64,000 nucleotides of DNA from Longimicrobiales bacterium (GCA_965203485.1 OZ241892.1:3264001-3328000), one strand, 5' to 3'. Positions 18,257 through 28,664 are shown, counted from the first letter of the stretch. Notes: generated by a model from the letters alone, not told the origin. Program-made: numbers and translations.

Positions 18257-19413
18257 CGGTGCCGAACCGCCCGTCGCGGGCGCGGCTCCTCGCGGGCGCG
18301 GCTCTGTGCTTGGCGGCGTTCGCGACTCCGGCCCGGGCCGCGCAACAGCTGGAGACGACGTCGGCTCGCGTCCCGGAGGCGTCCGTCCGCGGGGGCGGGG
18401 GCGGCGTCATCTACATGGCGGCCTACGATCACGCCATTCACGTCGTCGACGAACGCACGCTGGACGTGGTGCGCCGCATTCCGGTTGCGACCGGCATCCC
18501 GATCGACCTGACTCTGTCGGCGAACCACGAACGCATCTACGTGCGCGACGCCGAGTTCGAGGAGATCGAGATCGTGGACCGCGAAGCCGGCAAGTCCACC
18601 GGTAGCTTCACGCTCAGCCGGGGCCGCTCGAAGGTCCGAATCTGGGGATTCACGGTGCATCCGTCCGAGGACTTCGCCGTCCTCAACACGATCCGCTACA
18701 CGAAGCGCATCGACCGATGGGATGTCGGCGATCCCGTCCTCCTCAAGTACGACCTGCGCCGTGGCGAAGTGGCCGACACGATTCCCTGGCCCAAGGGCGA
18801 GGAGCGCCAGCGCGCGCGTCTCATGTTCTCGCCCGGGGGCGAATACTTGTACTTCTTCGGGACCGACGTGCTGGTGCTGGACGCCGCCGACTTCTCCGAA
18901 GCGGACCGCTGGGAGCTGTCGCGCCCGACGGAGGACGGACTGGGACGCTTCAGCTTCGGCTTTCCGGTGAGCCCGCACGACGATCCGGGGTTCCACACGG
19001 GCTTGTTCTCGGTCACCGATCCGGTGCAGAACCGGCGCATGATGGGAATCGCGCGCGTGAACTTGTCCGAGAAGGAATTCGACTTCTACACGCTGGGGCC
19101 GCGCGAGCCGGTGAGCTTTCGCTTGGCGCCGGGTGGGGACAAGGCGTACGGGCTGCTGCAGCAGATAGGCAACTACGAGTTCTGGACCTTCGATCTGAAG
19201 CGGCGGCGCGTGGAGAGCCGGTCGCGGTTCGCCGGGCGGCCGCGGATGGGGCTGGCGGTGAGCTCCAACGGCGAGCTCCTCTACGTGTACAACGCGGGCG
19301 CGACCATAGACGTGTACGACGCCGACGACTACGAGTTGCTGCGGACGGTCGCGTACGGCGCCGACATGACCGACTTCCTGATGATTCCCGAAGGAACCGG
19401 CCCGCGGAAGTAG
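18253..19413 (+). CDS. qhpB: QHNDH beta subunit (beta-propeller)
   Basis: GTGA overlap with qhpC, signal peptide, YVTN-like propeller repeats, operon position. Confidence 0.85.
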   Translation: MTVPNRPSRARLLAGAALCLAAFATPARAAQQLETTSARVPEASVRGGGGGVIYMAAYDHAIHVVDERTLDVVRRIPVATGIPIDLTLSANHERIYVRDAEFEEIEIVDREAGKSTGSFTLSRGRSKVRIWGFTVHPSEDFAVLNTIRYTKRIDRWDVGDPVLLKYDLRRGEVADTIPWPKGEERQRARLMFSPGGEYLYFFGTDVLVLDAADFSEADRWELSRPTEDGLGRFSFGFPVSPHDDPGFHTGLFSVTDPVQNRRMMGIARVNLSEKEFDFYTLGPREPVSFRLAPGGDKAYGLLQQIGNYEFWTFDLKRRRVESRSRFAGRPRMGLAVSSNGELLYVYNAGATIDVYDADDYELLRTVAYGADMTDFLMIPEGTGPRK

Positions 19414-19489
19414 CGGATGCAGGCTCCCGCAGGCGAAGGGCGGCGAAGCCCGGATTGCCGGGCACGACCGCGTTGAGGCTCTTCGCCGC

Positions 19490-21316
19490 ATGGCGCGCTC
19501 CGGCAGCCGGGAGGCTGGCGGAGACCGGGTGAGCTGGCGGTTGCTGGACAGGCACTTCCGCTGGGGCTTGGCGTACCTGCGCCCGTATGCCGGCCGAATC
19601 GCGGTCGTCCTGGCGCTCAACTTGGCGGCCACTGGCGTGGCGCTCTACGTGCCCTTCCTCACGCGGACGCTCGTGGACGACGCCTTCCTGGGCCGCGACG
19701 CCGCGGCGCTGGCGACGGTGGTGGGGCTCTTCGCGGGCGCCACGCTGGCGACCTACGCCTTGAACGTGGCCAGCGGACTGCTCTACACGCACGCCTCCGC
19801 GCACGTCCTCTTCGACATGCGGCTGGCGGTCTACCGGCACCTGCAGCGCCTGTCGCCCCGCTTCTTCGCGCGCACCCCCATGGGCGACATCGTCTCGCGG
19901 CTGAACAACGACGTGGGCGAAGTGCAGCGCATCCTTGCCGAGGCGGCGCTGGGTTGGGTCGGCAACTTGGTGTTCCTCGCGGGGGCGGCGGGGATGGTCG
20001 TGTGGCTGGACTGGCGCTTGGCGGTCGCGGCGGGACTGTTGCTCCCGGCGTCCGTGGCGGCGCTGATTCGGTACCGCCGCCGCCTGGAGGGACGCGTGCG
20101 GACGATGCGCGAGCGCAGCGCGGAGATCGGCGCGTTCCTGATCGAGACCTTGCAGGGGGCGCGGGTCGTGGCGCTGTTCAACGCGCAGGAGCGCGAGGCT
20201 GGGCGGTTCAAGCGGCGCAACGACGCATTCATCGCGGCGCTCATGGCGATGCAGCGGCTCCGCTACCTGGCCGGCGGCGTTCCTGGCCTGCTCCTGGCCG
20301 CGAGCACGGCGGTCGTGTTCCTGTACGGCGGCGGCCGCGTGATCGACGGGACGCTGACCCTGGGAACGTTCACTGCGTTCGTGGCTTATCAGATCCGCTT
20401 GGTGGGGCCGGTCCAGGGCCTGATGGGACTGTACGCGGGGATCGCCACGGCCGGCGTCTCGCTGCGGCGCGTGCACGAACTCCTGGACGAGCCCGCGGCG
20501 GTGTCGGACCCGGCGCGCCCGGTGCCCTTGGGCGCGGCGCGGGGCGAGGTCGCGTTCGAGGCGGTCTCGTGCGGGCACGGAAGGGGCGGCGCCGTGCTGG
20601 ACGGATTCGACTTGCGCGTCGCACCGGGCGAAGTGGTGGCGTTGGTGGGGCGGTCCGGCAGCGGCAAGTCCACGGTGGCGGATCTGCTGGCGCGGCACAT
20701 GGACCCCGACGCCGGCCGCGTGCTGCTGGACGGAATTGACCTGCGCTCCGCTCGCTTGGCCGACGTGCGGTCGCGGGTGGCGGTGGTGGAGCAGAGCGCG
20801 TTCGTCTTCAACGCCGCCCTGCTGGAGAACGTGCGCTACGGGCGGCCAGGGGCGAGCGAGGGAGAGGTGGTCGAAGCGGTGGAGCGAGCGGGACTGGGCG
20901 ACTTCGTGGACGCGTTGCCCGAGGGGTTGCGCACGCCGGTGGGCGAGGGTGGCCAGGCGATGTCGGCGGGCGAACGCCAGCGGGTCGCGGTGGCGCGGGC
21001 GTTGCTGGCCGACCCGGTAGTGCTCGTCCTGGACGAGGCGACCGGCGCGCTGGACCCGGCGACCGAGTCGCGGGTAGCGCGCGCGTACGCCGAGGTGATG
21101 CGCGGGCGGACCACGCTGGTGATCTCTCATCGTCGCGCTCTCGTGCGCACTGCCGCCCGCGTGTCCGTGCTCGAGGGCGGCCGGATCGTGGACGAAGGCT
21201 CCCCCGACGACCTGGAGCGGGACAGCGGCGCGTTCCAAGCGCTGTTCGCGGTTGCGCGCGCAACGCGCGAGCCCCGGCTGGACGGTTCCGGTCAGCGCGG
21301 CGCGTTTGGCAGATGA
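19490..21316 (+). CDS. qhpF: ABC exporter (fused permease + ATPase)
   Basis: TM domain, GRSGSGKST, MSAGERQR, LVLDEAT; operon position. Confidence 0.85.
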   Translation: MARSGSREAGGDRVSWRLLDRHFRWGLAYLRPYAGRIAVVLALNLAATGVALYVPFLTRTLVDDAFLGRDAAALATVVGLFAGATLATYALNVASGLLYTHASAHVLFDMRLAVYRHLQRLSPRFFARTPMGDIVSRLNNDVGEVQRILAEAALGWVGNLVFLAGAAGMVVWLDWRLAVAAGLLLPASVAALIRYRRRLEGRVRTMRERSAEIGAFLIETLQGARVVALFNAQEREAGRFKRRNDAFIAALMAMQRLRYLAGGVPGLLLAASTAVVFLYGGGRVIDGTLTLGTFTAFVAYQIRLVGPVQGLMGLYAGIATAGVSLRRVHELLDEPAAVSDPARPVPLGAARGEVAFEAVSCGHGRGGAVLDGFDLRVAPGEVVALVGRSGSGKSTVADLLARHMDPDAGRVLLDGIDLRSARLADVRSRVAVVEQSAFVFNAALLENVRYGRPGASEGEVVEAVERAGLGDFVDALPEGLRTPVGEGGQAMSAGERQRVAVARALLADPVVLVLDEATGALDPATESRVARAYAEVMRGRTTLVISHRRALVRTAARVSVLEGGRIVDEGSPDDLERDSGAFQALFAVARATREPRLDGSGQRGAFGR

Positions 21317-21331
21317 CCGGCGCGAACTCGG

Positions 21332-22192
21332 TTGGCCTGGGTCGGGCCGGGGCGGCTCCGGCCCGGCGACCCGAACGCGGTTTTCCCGGAGGCTGACTCC
21401 GTGCGGCGTGGCGCTTGCGGCGAAGGCGGCCCGGCTCCGTTCGGCTGCGGCGATCGGCGGCGCCCTGTTCGTGCTTGCGTCGAATCGGCGGCGCTCCGGG
21501 ATCTGACGGGCCACGGCGTCCGCGTCGTCGTAGTCGACAGCGGGGTGGCCCCGGACAATCCGCATGTGGCGTCGGTGGCCGGGGGCGTAGCGGTCGACGG
21601 CTCGGGTCGCGTCTCGCCCGGCTATGTGGACGAGATCGGCCATGGCACGGCGGTCTTCGCCGCGATTCAGGAGAAGGCGCCGAACGCCTCCATCCACGCA
21701 GTCCGCGTCTTCGGCGCCTCCCTGGCGTCCACGATCGGGGCACTGGTCGCCGCCATCGACTGGGCGGCCACGCAGAAGCCGTCGTTGGTCAACCTCAGTC
21801 TGGGAACGGCCAACCAGAAGCACGCGGACGCGCTGGCCGGGGCCGTCGAACGCTTGGCACGAGCCGGCGGCGCCGTCGTCGCGGCCGCCGAAGCCGACGG
21901 CAGGCCCAGGTGGCCGGGGACGTTGCCCGGCGTCGTCGGCGTGGTCGCGGCCCAAGGGTGCCCTCGCGGCTGCGTGGAAGTCCGGGGTACCTCCGTCGCC
22001 CGCCTGCTCGCCGCCTCGCCCTACCCCCGTCCCGTAGAAGGCGTGCCCGTCGAGCGCAACCTCAGCGGCGCCAGTTTCGCCGTGGCCAATGCGACCGGCC
22101 TTGCTGCGCGGGCGCTCCAAGGACACGCGGGCCCCGTGGCGGCGGCCGACGTGCTGTTCAGGCTGGAGGCTGTTGCTTCATGGGTGCCTTGA
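21332..22192 (+). CDS. qhpE: Subtilisin-like S8 peptidase (leader-peptide protease)
   Basis: VVDSG, GHGT, NLSLG, GASFA catalytic motifs; start uncertain. Confidence 0.85.
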   Translation: MAWVGPGRLRPGDPNAVFPEADSVRRGACGEGGPAPFGCGDRRRPVRACVESAALRDLTGHGVRVVVVDSGVAPDNPHVASVAGGVAVDGSGRVSPGYVDEIGHGTAVFAAIQEKAPNASIHAVRVFGASLASTIGALVAAIDWAATQKPSLVNLSLGTANQKHADALAGAVERLARAGGAVVAAAEADGRPRWPGTLPGVVGVVAAQGCPRGCVEVRGTSVARLLAASPYPRPVEGVPVERNLSGASFAVANATGLAARALQGHAGPVAAADVLFRLEAVASWVP

Positions 22193-22288
22193 GGCCCCGC
22201 CGTTTCTGTTGGCTTCGGTTGCATCGTCGGCCCCACGCACGATCAGCCTGGGCAGAAGAGCCGTTTCTGCCATCCCTGCCAGCCGTGT

Positions 22289-22831
22289 TCATCGCGCCGC
22301 ATCGACTTGAGCGATAACTTCCCACAGGCGATCCTCAAACGCACCTATTGGTCGAAGAAGCGCCCCGCTCTTGGTGAGCTTATAGCTTGCGGCTCCACCC
22401 TTTTCCATAGAGACTAGATTGCCCGCCTTGCCTGTCGTCACATCGGCTTTTGTCCACGAATCAAAGACAACATCCGCAGGTCTGATGCCAATGCAGAGCA
22501 ACGCTTCGTATTCGCGTGCATAGCGAATGTGATTAAATTGGAAATTGTTCGATGTATCTTCGCTCGCAGTCTTCAATTCAAACGTTACAGTGTCGATCCG
22601 AATATCCCACGGCGACTGTCGTATGCGCTGTCCGTCGTCGCTACGCGGAACTTCGACGTCGAATCCAATGTGCTTGCACAACTGTTCAACAAAGCGTTGT
22701 CCAACATCACCCACTTTCGTATTTGGAAGAATGCGAATGCCGCCAAATCGGGCATGGCTCCATTTGTCCGCATCGCGAAAATCGGTCAAGACGTTGTGGA
22801 GTATTTGGCATGCTACATCGTCAGGCATCAT
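22289..22831 (-). CDS. Putative PD-(D/E)XK restriction endonuclease
   Basis: WDIRID...FELKTA motif, low GC, overlaps MTase stop. Confidence 0.6.
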   Translation of the reverse strand: MMPDDVACQILHNVLTDFRDADKWSHARFGGIRILPNTKVGDVGQRFVEQLCKHIGFDVEVPRSDDGQRIRQSPWDIRIDTVTFELKTASEDTSNNFQFNHIRYAREYEALLCIGIRPADVVFDSWTKADVTTGKAGNLVSMEKGGAASYKLTKSGALLRPIGAFEDRLWEVIAQVDAAR

Positions 22832-23774
22832 CTAGAAAGCCAACGTCTGTCAATGCGCGATGAATATGATACATTGAAATATGTCGTGCGCTATGAGCAG
22901 CTAAGTTGCTGTACTTGCGCCAGTCCGTGGAGTTGAGCGCATCTACTACGGCAGTCCAATCCTTCTTGATGACAAGACCGTATCCGCATACATATCTAAC
23001 TTGATCGAATCGTTTCACAAGTTGCGGTGGCTCGCCAAAAAATGTCCGCTGAAGGAAATAATCTGCTTCATGCAGACGCGCTTGTCCGCACAAGCGTTCC
23101 CGGCGCATATCTACCGTAAACAAATCAATCCAGTTATTACATGTTGGCTGACGGCGACAGTTGTTTACCCCTCGGTGCCAGACTTGCCACAAGGCATGCA
23201 CTCTCACAGTGCGGCCTTGAATGTCCATGAAGGCATCTGGCGCAAGGTGTTTAGTCTCGACCAGTCGAAGACCGCGAACTCGCAACTTTGGACTACCCTT
23301 GCCGTCCGACTGGAAGGACATCGGCAGGATGGTTCCCACATAATCCGCGAACCGAGCTGCGTGATTCATGAAGGCCAGCGCCAACCATCCACGGTACCCA
23401 AACGGAGGATTGCCAACGACGGCATAGCTGAAGCCGTCCTGCGGTGGACTCCAAGAAAGAAAATCCTCTGTGTGGTAATCCTCGCGGTAACGCACAACGT
23501 CAATGCCGATCCGTCTCCCTGTTGGCAATAGATCGTAGAATGCACCGGTGCCCGCAGCTGGTTCTATGAAGCGATAGGCTCCGGGTTCCGCGCCATCATG
23601 ACGCATCGCATCTAGTAACCACCTATAACACTCTTCAGCAATGGCGGGCCGCGTGAAGTACGAATCAAGGCCGACGTCATCGGGATCGACCCAGGACGGT
23701 ACGAGTGGATGATCGCGCCATTTGATGTTGCGGTCGGCGATCGCCGCGGCTTCGAAGACATGGGCCGCGCCCAT
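22821..23774 (-). CDS. N6-adenine DNA methyltransferase (gamma-like)
   Basis: YFT, FIEPAAGTG, VGNPPF; low GC; ATG at 23774 in the 22821..25778 frame. Confidence 0.85.
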   Translation of the reverse strand: MGAAHVFEAAAIADRNIKWRDHPLVPSWVDPDDVGLDSYFTRPAIAEECYRWLLDAMRHDGAEPGAYRFIEPAAGTGAFYDLLPTGRRIGIDVVRYREDYHTEDFLSWSPPQDGFSYAVVGNPPFGYRGWLALAFMNHAARFADYVGTILPMSFQSDGKGSPKLRVRGLRLVETKHLAPDAFMDIQGRTVRVHALWQVWHRGVNNCRRQPTCNNWIDLFTVDMRRERLCGQARLHEADYFLQRTFFGEPPQLVKRFDQVRYVCGYGLVIKKDWTAVVDALNSTDWRKYSNLAAHSARHISMYHIHRALTDVGFLDDA

Positions 23775-23992
23775 CGGGCGGGCACGTTCTGCAACGTGCG
23801 CTATGGAGATTTCGCTCGCCGATCCGCGACTCCATGTCGTTCGGCAAGGGTTGTCCACGAGGCCGTCCCGAGTTTGGCGAGCGCCGACGATCTTCCCATG
23901 GAAGTTAGTGGGGCACTCTCCGTCGGACAAGGACGCACCGTCAGATAGAAGCGCGTTGCCGGAACGCCGGGCGTCCGGCTCGCGACCGTGCG

Positions 23993-26900
23993 TCACCTGG
24001 TGAACGGCCCGAGCTGGTCGGCCAGCCCGGCGATGTTGAGCTTCCGTGCTCGATCTTCGGCCGTCTTCGCGAGGGCGGGTCGGGGGGAGCGTGCTCGGCG
24101 CGACAGACGCGCGAGTTCGAGGGCGATGCGTAGCCAAGCCAGATTGCGGACTTCGGCGAGTTCGCCAAGCCCGCGGTCGAGGAGAGCGATGGCCCCGCCG
24201 ACGCGGCCCGTGCGCGCCAGCAGGCGGGCGTGCAACAAGAGCAGGTCGGGGGGAGCGTGCTGGGCGGAGCCGGGAGGATGTTGGGCGGCCAAGTCGGTTG
24301 CGCGGCGCAACTTGCCTGACTGCAGCAGGACTTCGCCCTCCAGTCCGGCGAGCCGGCGTTCGCGGCGGCGGTCGGCGCCGGTTTCGCCGAGTTCGCGTGT
24401 GGACGCCACCGCTCGAGCGGCGGCTGCGAGGTCGCCGCGGGCCAGCGCGAGGCCGGCGTCGGCGAGCGCCGCCCGCGTTTGCAGCGGCGGACAATGCGCG
24501 GGCTCGGCCATGACGAGACGGGCCTCTTTCAGCGCCGATTCGCCCGCGAGATGGTCGCCGGCGCCCGCGTGCCACTCGGCCAGTTGCAGCGACAGCTCGG
24601 CGCGGGCGCGCAGGTCGCCGGCCTCGGAAGCGTCGGCCCGTGCTTGCTCGACGGTTGCGCGGCCTTCGGGCGTCTGCAGCAACCCGGTCGCGGCCAGCGC
24701 CGCGGCGTAGCGGACCCCGGCGAAGGCGCGCTCTCCTCGGAGCGAGTCCGACTTGGCGAGGGCCCAGGCGGCGCGCGCGGCTTGGAGAGCGGCTCCGGGC
24801 GGCCGGTACGCGCCTCCGGCGGCCAGCAAGGAGAGGCACCTGCACCTCGCGCGTTCGTCTGCGAGGCGCTCGGCCAGTTCGGCGGCGCGTCGCAACAAGT
24901 CTTCGACGGCCGAAGCGTCTTCGTGACCGAGCAGCGCTAGAAGGCGGGCGTCCAGTACGCGGACCAGCGAGAGTTCGGAGCCGTTGGCGAGCGCCGCTGA
25001 TTCGAGCCCGTCCAGCACGCCCAAGAGGGTGCGCGGAGATTCCAACCCGAGTTCGCGCCGCGCCGTCGCCACCAGCAACCGGATGTCGAGCGTCTGCGTG
25101 GAGAGAGCGGCGGCGCGTCCGCTTGCCTTGTCCACGGCGCCTGCGTTCGCCGCAGGGGTTCGCTGGTCCGGGCCCGGCATGTCCTCGCCGCCGCCCCGCG
25201 GCGTATCGCCGATGCCTGGCGCCCGGTGTTGCGCGGCCGTCGCCGGCTTGCCGGGGGCCGGCGCGGCCTCGCCCAGGTTCGGAGCGCCCGAACACGCGGC
25301 GCCCGCGGCCGTCGCCGGCCTGCCCGATGCGAGCGCATCGTCGCCCAGACGCAGCGCCTCTCCGACGCGCAAGGCCGCCCAGTGCTCGCGGGCGAGGCGC
25401 ACCGACAGCGTGCGCCGGTCCGCGCCGTCGCTGGCTTGGCGGGCTATCTCGAGCAGGGCGAGCCGGGCGGCAACCTTCGTCCGCGGGGTGGCTGCGGCCG
25501 CAAGCAAGCCGTACCTGCGGGCCCGGTTGCGGTCGCCCGCCAAGTGACAGTGGCGGGCGGCGTGGTCGAGCGCCGGAGGGCTGGGGCCGGACAACAGGAG
25601 GCTGGCCGCCACGCCGTGCGCGAACGCCCGTCGTACGGGCGTGGTCGCCTCGTAGACGGCTTGGCGGACGACCCCGTGACGAAACGAGATCCGGAACGGC
25701 GCCTTTCCGCTGTTCCAAGAAAGAATCCCTGCTCTCTCTAGACGTTCGACCGCGTCCACGCATTCCCCGGGCGTGCACGCCGACAGCCGGGCAACGGCGC
25801 CGAGGCCCGCCGGGGCACCGAAGACGGCAAGCCCCGCGGCGACCTTGCGACCCACCTCGCCCGCCGCCTCCATGCGTTCGCGAACGAACCGCCGCACGAG
25901 TTCGGGAGTACGCAACTGCAGCGCTGGTCGTCCGGCTTCACCGCCGCCGTCCTTTCCGTCGGCTTGGCCGCCGCGGCCTTCTTGCGCGAGCGCGGCGAGG
26001 AAACGCGGATTGCCGCCGCCGAGACGCACGACCAGATCCAGCATTGCGTCGCCCCGCGCCCGGTCGCCCGCGACGTGGCCGTCCTTGCCCGGGGCGGTCC
26101 GCCGGGCCGCGGCCGCGACTTCCCGAGCGGCGGCGTCGTCCAAACCACGAAGGCGGACATGGGTTGTCCGCGAATCCGCTTCCTGGGCGCGCACGAAGCG
26201 TGCCGTCGCCGAAGCGTGGTGCAGCGCTTCCCCCCGGTAGGCCAGCAGCAGGCTGAACGGAAGTTCGTCCGCTTCCTCGCAAACCGAATGCAGGACCGTC
26301 GCCGATTCCTCGTCCGCATGATGGAAGTCGTCGACGAACAAGACGAAGCCGCGAAGTCGAGCCAGCGCCTCGCACAAACGGCGGAACGCCTCCGCGGCCC
26401 CGGACGGACCTCCTGGCGGCGGCAAGAGACTCGTCCGCTCGTTCCGCCCGACGCGGCGACGAATCCACGCCTGATCGAGCGCCTTCGCCAGAGTGCTCAG
26501 ACGAACCCGCCGATCCACCGGTTCGGGCCGCGCCCGGATCACGTCCAGGCCGAGGAGCTCCGCTCCCCGAACCGCCACTTCGGCCAGCCGCGTCTTGCCG
26601 ATGCCGGACTCCCCGCTGATCGTCGCCACGCCGCCGCCGTACAGGATGCGGTTGATTCGACCCAGGACGTCGTCGCGCCCGCGAAACGGCAGTCGCCCCG
26701 CGTTTCCTCGCGGGAGATCCTCGGGTCCTTGCGATGCCCCGGCGTCGCCCGCCCTTGCGGCTTCGTCGGACCCGGCTCTTGCGCCGCCTCGGGCCGGCCT
26801 CGTCCCGCCCGGCGAGCGGCCCCACTCCGTCCCCGCCCGTCCCCGCACCGAGAGGAGCAGCCGTCTCGTCTCCGGCTCCGGCGACCAGTCCCGGCTCCGG

Positions 26901-27559
26901 TCGGCGAACGCGCGGTACACGGCCTCTGCCTCACGCACGCGCCCGCCCATCGCCTGGGCGCGCATGACCCGCCGGAGCATCAGCTCGTCCCGCGGGTCGA
27001 TCCGCAGCAACGCCTCGGCGGCCTCGCGCGCCGCCGCCCAGTCCTGCGCCGCCTCGGCGGCCTGCCAGGTGGCCATGCTCGCCGAACGAAGCCGCGCCCG
27101 GACCCCCACGCGGCGCTCCTCGATCCACTCCGCCAACGCGTTTCCTCTCCAGCGCGGGAACGCCGCCAGAAACCCGCGCTCCAGCAAGTCGCACGCCTTC
27201 CCGAACCGCCGGGCGGCGACCATCTCGTCGAACGCCGTCATGTCGCAGGCCACGACGTCGCGGCGCACTCGGACGAACTCGCCCTCGGCCTTGAGCACGC
27301 GGGCCTCGCACCGCTGGTTGGTCTGGTAGACGAGCTGGCTGGCCCGGTGCCTCACGGTCCTGCTGTTGGCGTCGCCCCAGAGAACGCGTTGCACGAGAGT
27401 CCGGGGAATGCGTGTCCTGCCGTCGCCGAACGCCAGCGCCAGCACGCTGGACTGAGCGGGCGAGGTCGCCACGCGCAACCCGTCCCTCCACAACGCGGGT
27501 CCACCGAAGAGTTCCAAGCCGAGTCCGGGGCCGCGCGTCGACGACGTGCTTCCCTGCAA
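23993..27559 (-). CDS. BTAD/SARP-like transcriptional activator with AAA ATPase and TPR-like C-terminus
   Basis: LELFGGP N-terminus, LRIDPRDE BTAD region, GESGIGKT, FVDDFH, GGNPRFL, FRHGVVR. Confidence 0.85.
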   Translation of the reverse strand: MQGSTSSTRGPGLGLELFGGPALWRDGLRVATSPAQSSVLALAFGDGRTRIPRTLVQRVLWGDANSRTVRHRASQLVYQTNQRCEARVLKAEGEFVRVRRDVVACDMTAFDEMVAARRFGKACDLLERGFLAAFPRWRGNALAEWIEERRVGVRARLRSASMATWQAAEAAQDWAAAREAAEALLRIDPRDELMLRRVMRAQAMGGRVREAEAVYRAFADRSRDWSPEPETRRLLLSVRGRAGTEWGRSPGGTRPARGGARAGSDEAARAGDAGASQGPEDLPRGNAGRLPFRGRDDVLGRINRILYGGGVATISGESGIGKTRLAEVAVRGAELLGLDVIRARPEPVDRRVRLSTLAKALDQAWIRRRVGRNERTSLLPPPGGPSGAAEAFRRLCEALARLRGFVLFVDDFHHADEESATVLHSVCEEADELPFSLLLAYRGEALHHASATARFVRAQEADSRTTHVRLRGLDDAAAREVAAAARRTAPGKDGHVAGDRARGDAMLDLVVRLGGGNPRFLAALAQEGRGGQADGKDGGGEAGRPALQLRTPELVRRFVRERMEAAGEVGRKVAAGLAVFGAPAGLGAVARLSACTPGECVDAVERLERAGILSWNSGKAPFRISFRHGVVRQAVYEATTPVRRAFAHGVAASLLLSGPSPPALDHAARHCHLAGDRNRARRYGLLAAAATPRTKVAARLALLEIARQASDGADRRTLSVRLAREHWAALRVGEALRLGDDALASGRPATAAGAACSGAPNLGEAAPAPGKPATAAQHRAPGIGDTPRGGGEDMPGPDQRTPAANAGAVDKASGRAAALSTQTLDIRLLVATARRELGLESPRTLLGVLDGLESAALANGSELSLVRVLDARLLALLGHEDASAVEDLLRRAAELAERLADERARCRCLSLLAAGGAYRPPGAALQAARAAWALAKSDSLRGERAFAGVRYAAALAATGLLQTPEGRATVEQARADASEAGDLRARAELSLQLAEWHAGAGDHLAGESALKEARLVMAEPAHCPPLQTRAALADAGLALARGDLAAAARAVASTRELGETGADRRRERRLAGLEGEVLLQSGKLRRATDLAAQHPPGSAQHAPPDLLLLHARLLARTGRVGGAIALLDRGLGELAEVRNLAWLRIALELARLSRRARSPRPALAKTAEDRARKLNIAGLADQLGPFTR

Positions 27560-27565
27560 CTGCGA

Positions 27566-28420
27566 TCAGATGGAAGCTGCCGAACGCTTTGCCGAGTCGC
27601 CGTCGAGGGACGGACCGGCCAGAGGAGGAGCGATGGACGGTCGCGACTCGGCCACGCCGGCCGGCAGGTTTCCGCAGGCGGCCTCGCGAGCCAGCCAGCT
27701 CTCGAAGACCCACTCCCAACCCACTCTCTTGCGGACCTCGAGCGGACGCAGGCCGCACAGCCGCTGCATCTGGTTGCTCAGCGAAAAGCCGTCGCGGTAG
27801 CCGAGCGAGCAGGCCACCTGGAACAGGGTCGCGCTGGAGTTCTGCAGCTGCATCGTGGCGCGAAGGACCCGCGACACGTGGAGCCAGTGCGAGGGCACGG
27901 GCAGAGAGTCCCTCAGAAACCGCCGCCCGATGGCGCGTCGCGACATGTAGAGACTCGTCGCGAGCGACGCGATCGTTTGGGCGCGGTCGCTGAGCTCGAC
28001 GATGCGGCGGATGATGCTCTTGGCCACGGGGTCCAGGCTGAAGCCGCGCCAGTCAAGGTATTCGGTCACGCTCGAGGGCAACGACGAGGGCGGACGGCGC
28101 ACGATGCCGGCGATTTCGGACGGGCGTGGAGGATCGTGAAACGGAAGAACGGCTTGCGGACGGCTCTGCTCGATGGCGCGCAGCACCGGCGTGATCGCCA
28201 AGCGGCTGTCGCCGTCCGGCAATATCATCACGAGCGCCACTCCGGCGCGCCGGTTCGCCACCAGCGACGCCGCGTCCACCCAGCGTTGGGTGCCCAGGTG
28301 CCAAGTCATCACCCACCCGCCCTCGTGCGGCTCCGGGGAGTCGACGTCGATGGGCACCAGATCACGGTACGGCGGTCCCAAGAGGGCGATGGAGTCGCGG
28401 CGGACGGGGGGCGAGGGCAT
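27566..28420 (-). CDS. AraC-like helix-turn-helix regulator
   Basis: LATSLYMSRRAIGRRF and VACSLGYRDGFSLSNQMQR dual HTH. Confidence 0.8.
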   Translation of the reverse strand: MPSPPVRRDSIALLGPPYRDLVPIDVDSPEPHEGGWVMTWHLGTQRWVDAASLVANRRAGVALVMILPDGDSRLAITPVLRAIEQSRPQAVLPFHDPPRPSEIAGIVRRPPSSLPSSVTEYLDWRGFSLDPVAKSIIRRIVELSDRAQTIASLATSLYMSRRAIGRRFLRDSLPVPSHWLHVSRVLRATMQLQNSSATLFQVACSLGYRDGFSLSNQMQRLCGLRPLEVRKRVGWEWVFESWLAREAACGNLPAGVAESRPSIAPPLAGPSLDGDSAKRSAASI

Positions 28421-28664
28421 GGGGCTCCTTGGGCTCGGGTCTCGGCGGAGCGACAAGGCTATTCCCGTCCGTCATCGTTTGGTCATCGCTCAAGGAGGGC
28501 GTCCGCCGAGACGGCGACGCCGGGCGGCGACAGTCCGGCGATGTCGCCCGAAGGGGCTTGAAAGCCGGTTCGCATTCCTCGAAATTCCAATATGCCGCCG
28601 CGTCCCACCGGCTCCATAGAGTCGGACTTCGGCGGCGCCTTCCCGTCTCGCCGGAGCGTCGCAC

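Noticed and set aside
19013..22126. Long antisense/alternate-frame ORFs here and across the window (e.g. 25964..28561, 56691..59537)
   Set aside because: Arg/Pro/Ala-rich shadow ORFs expected at high GC, overlapping well-supported genes
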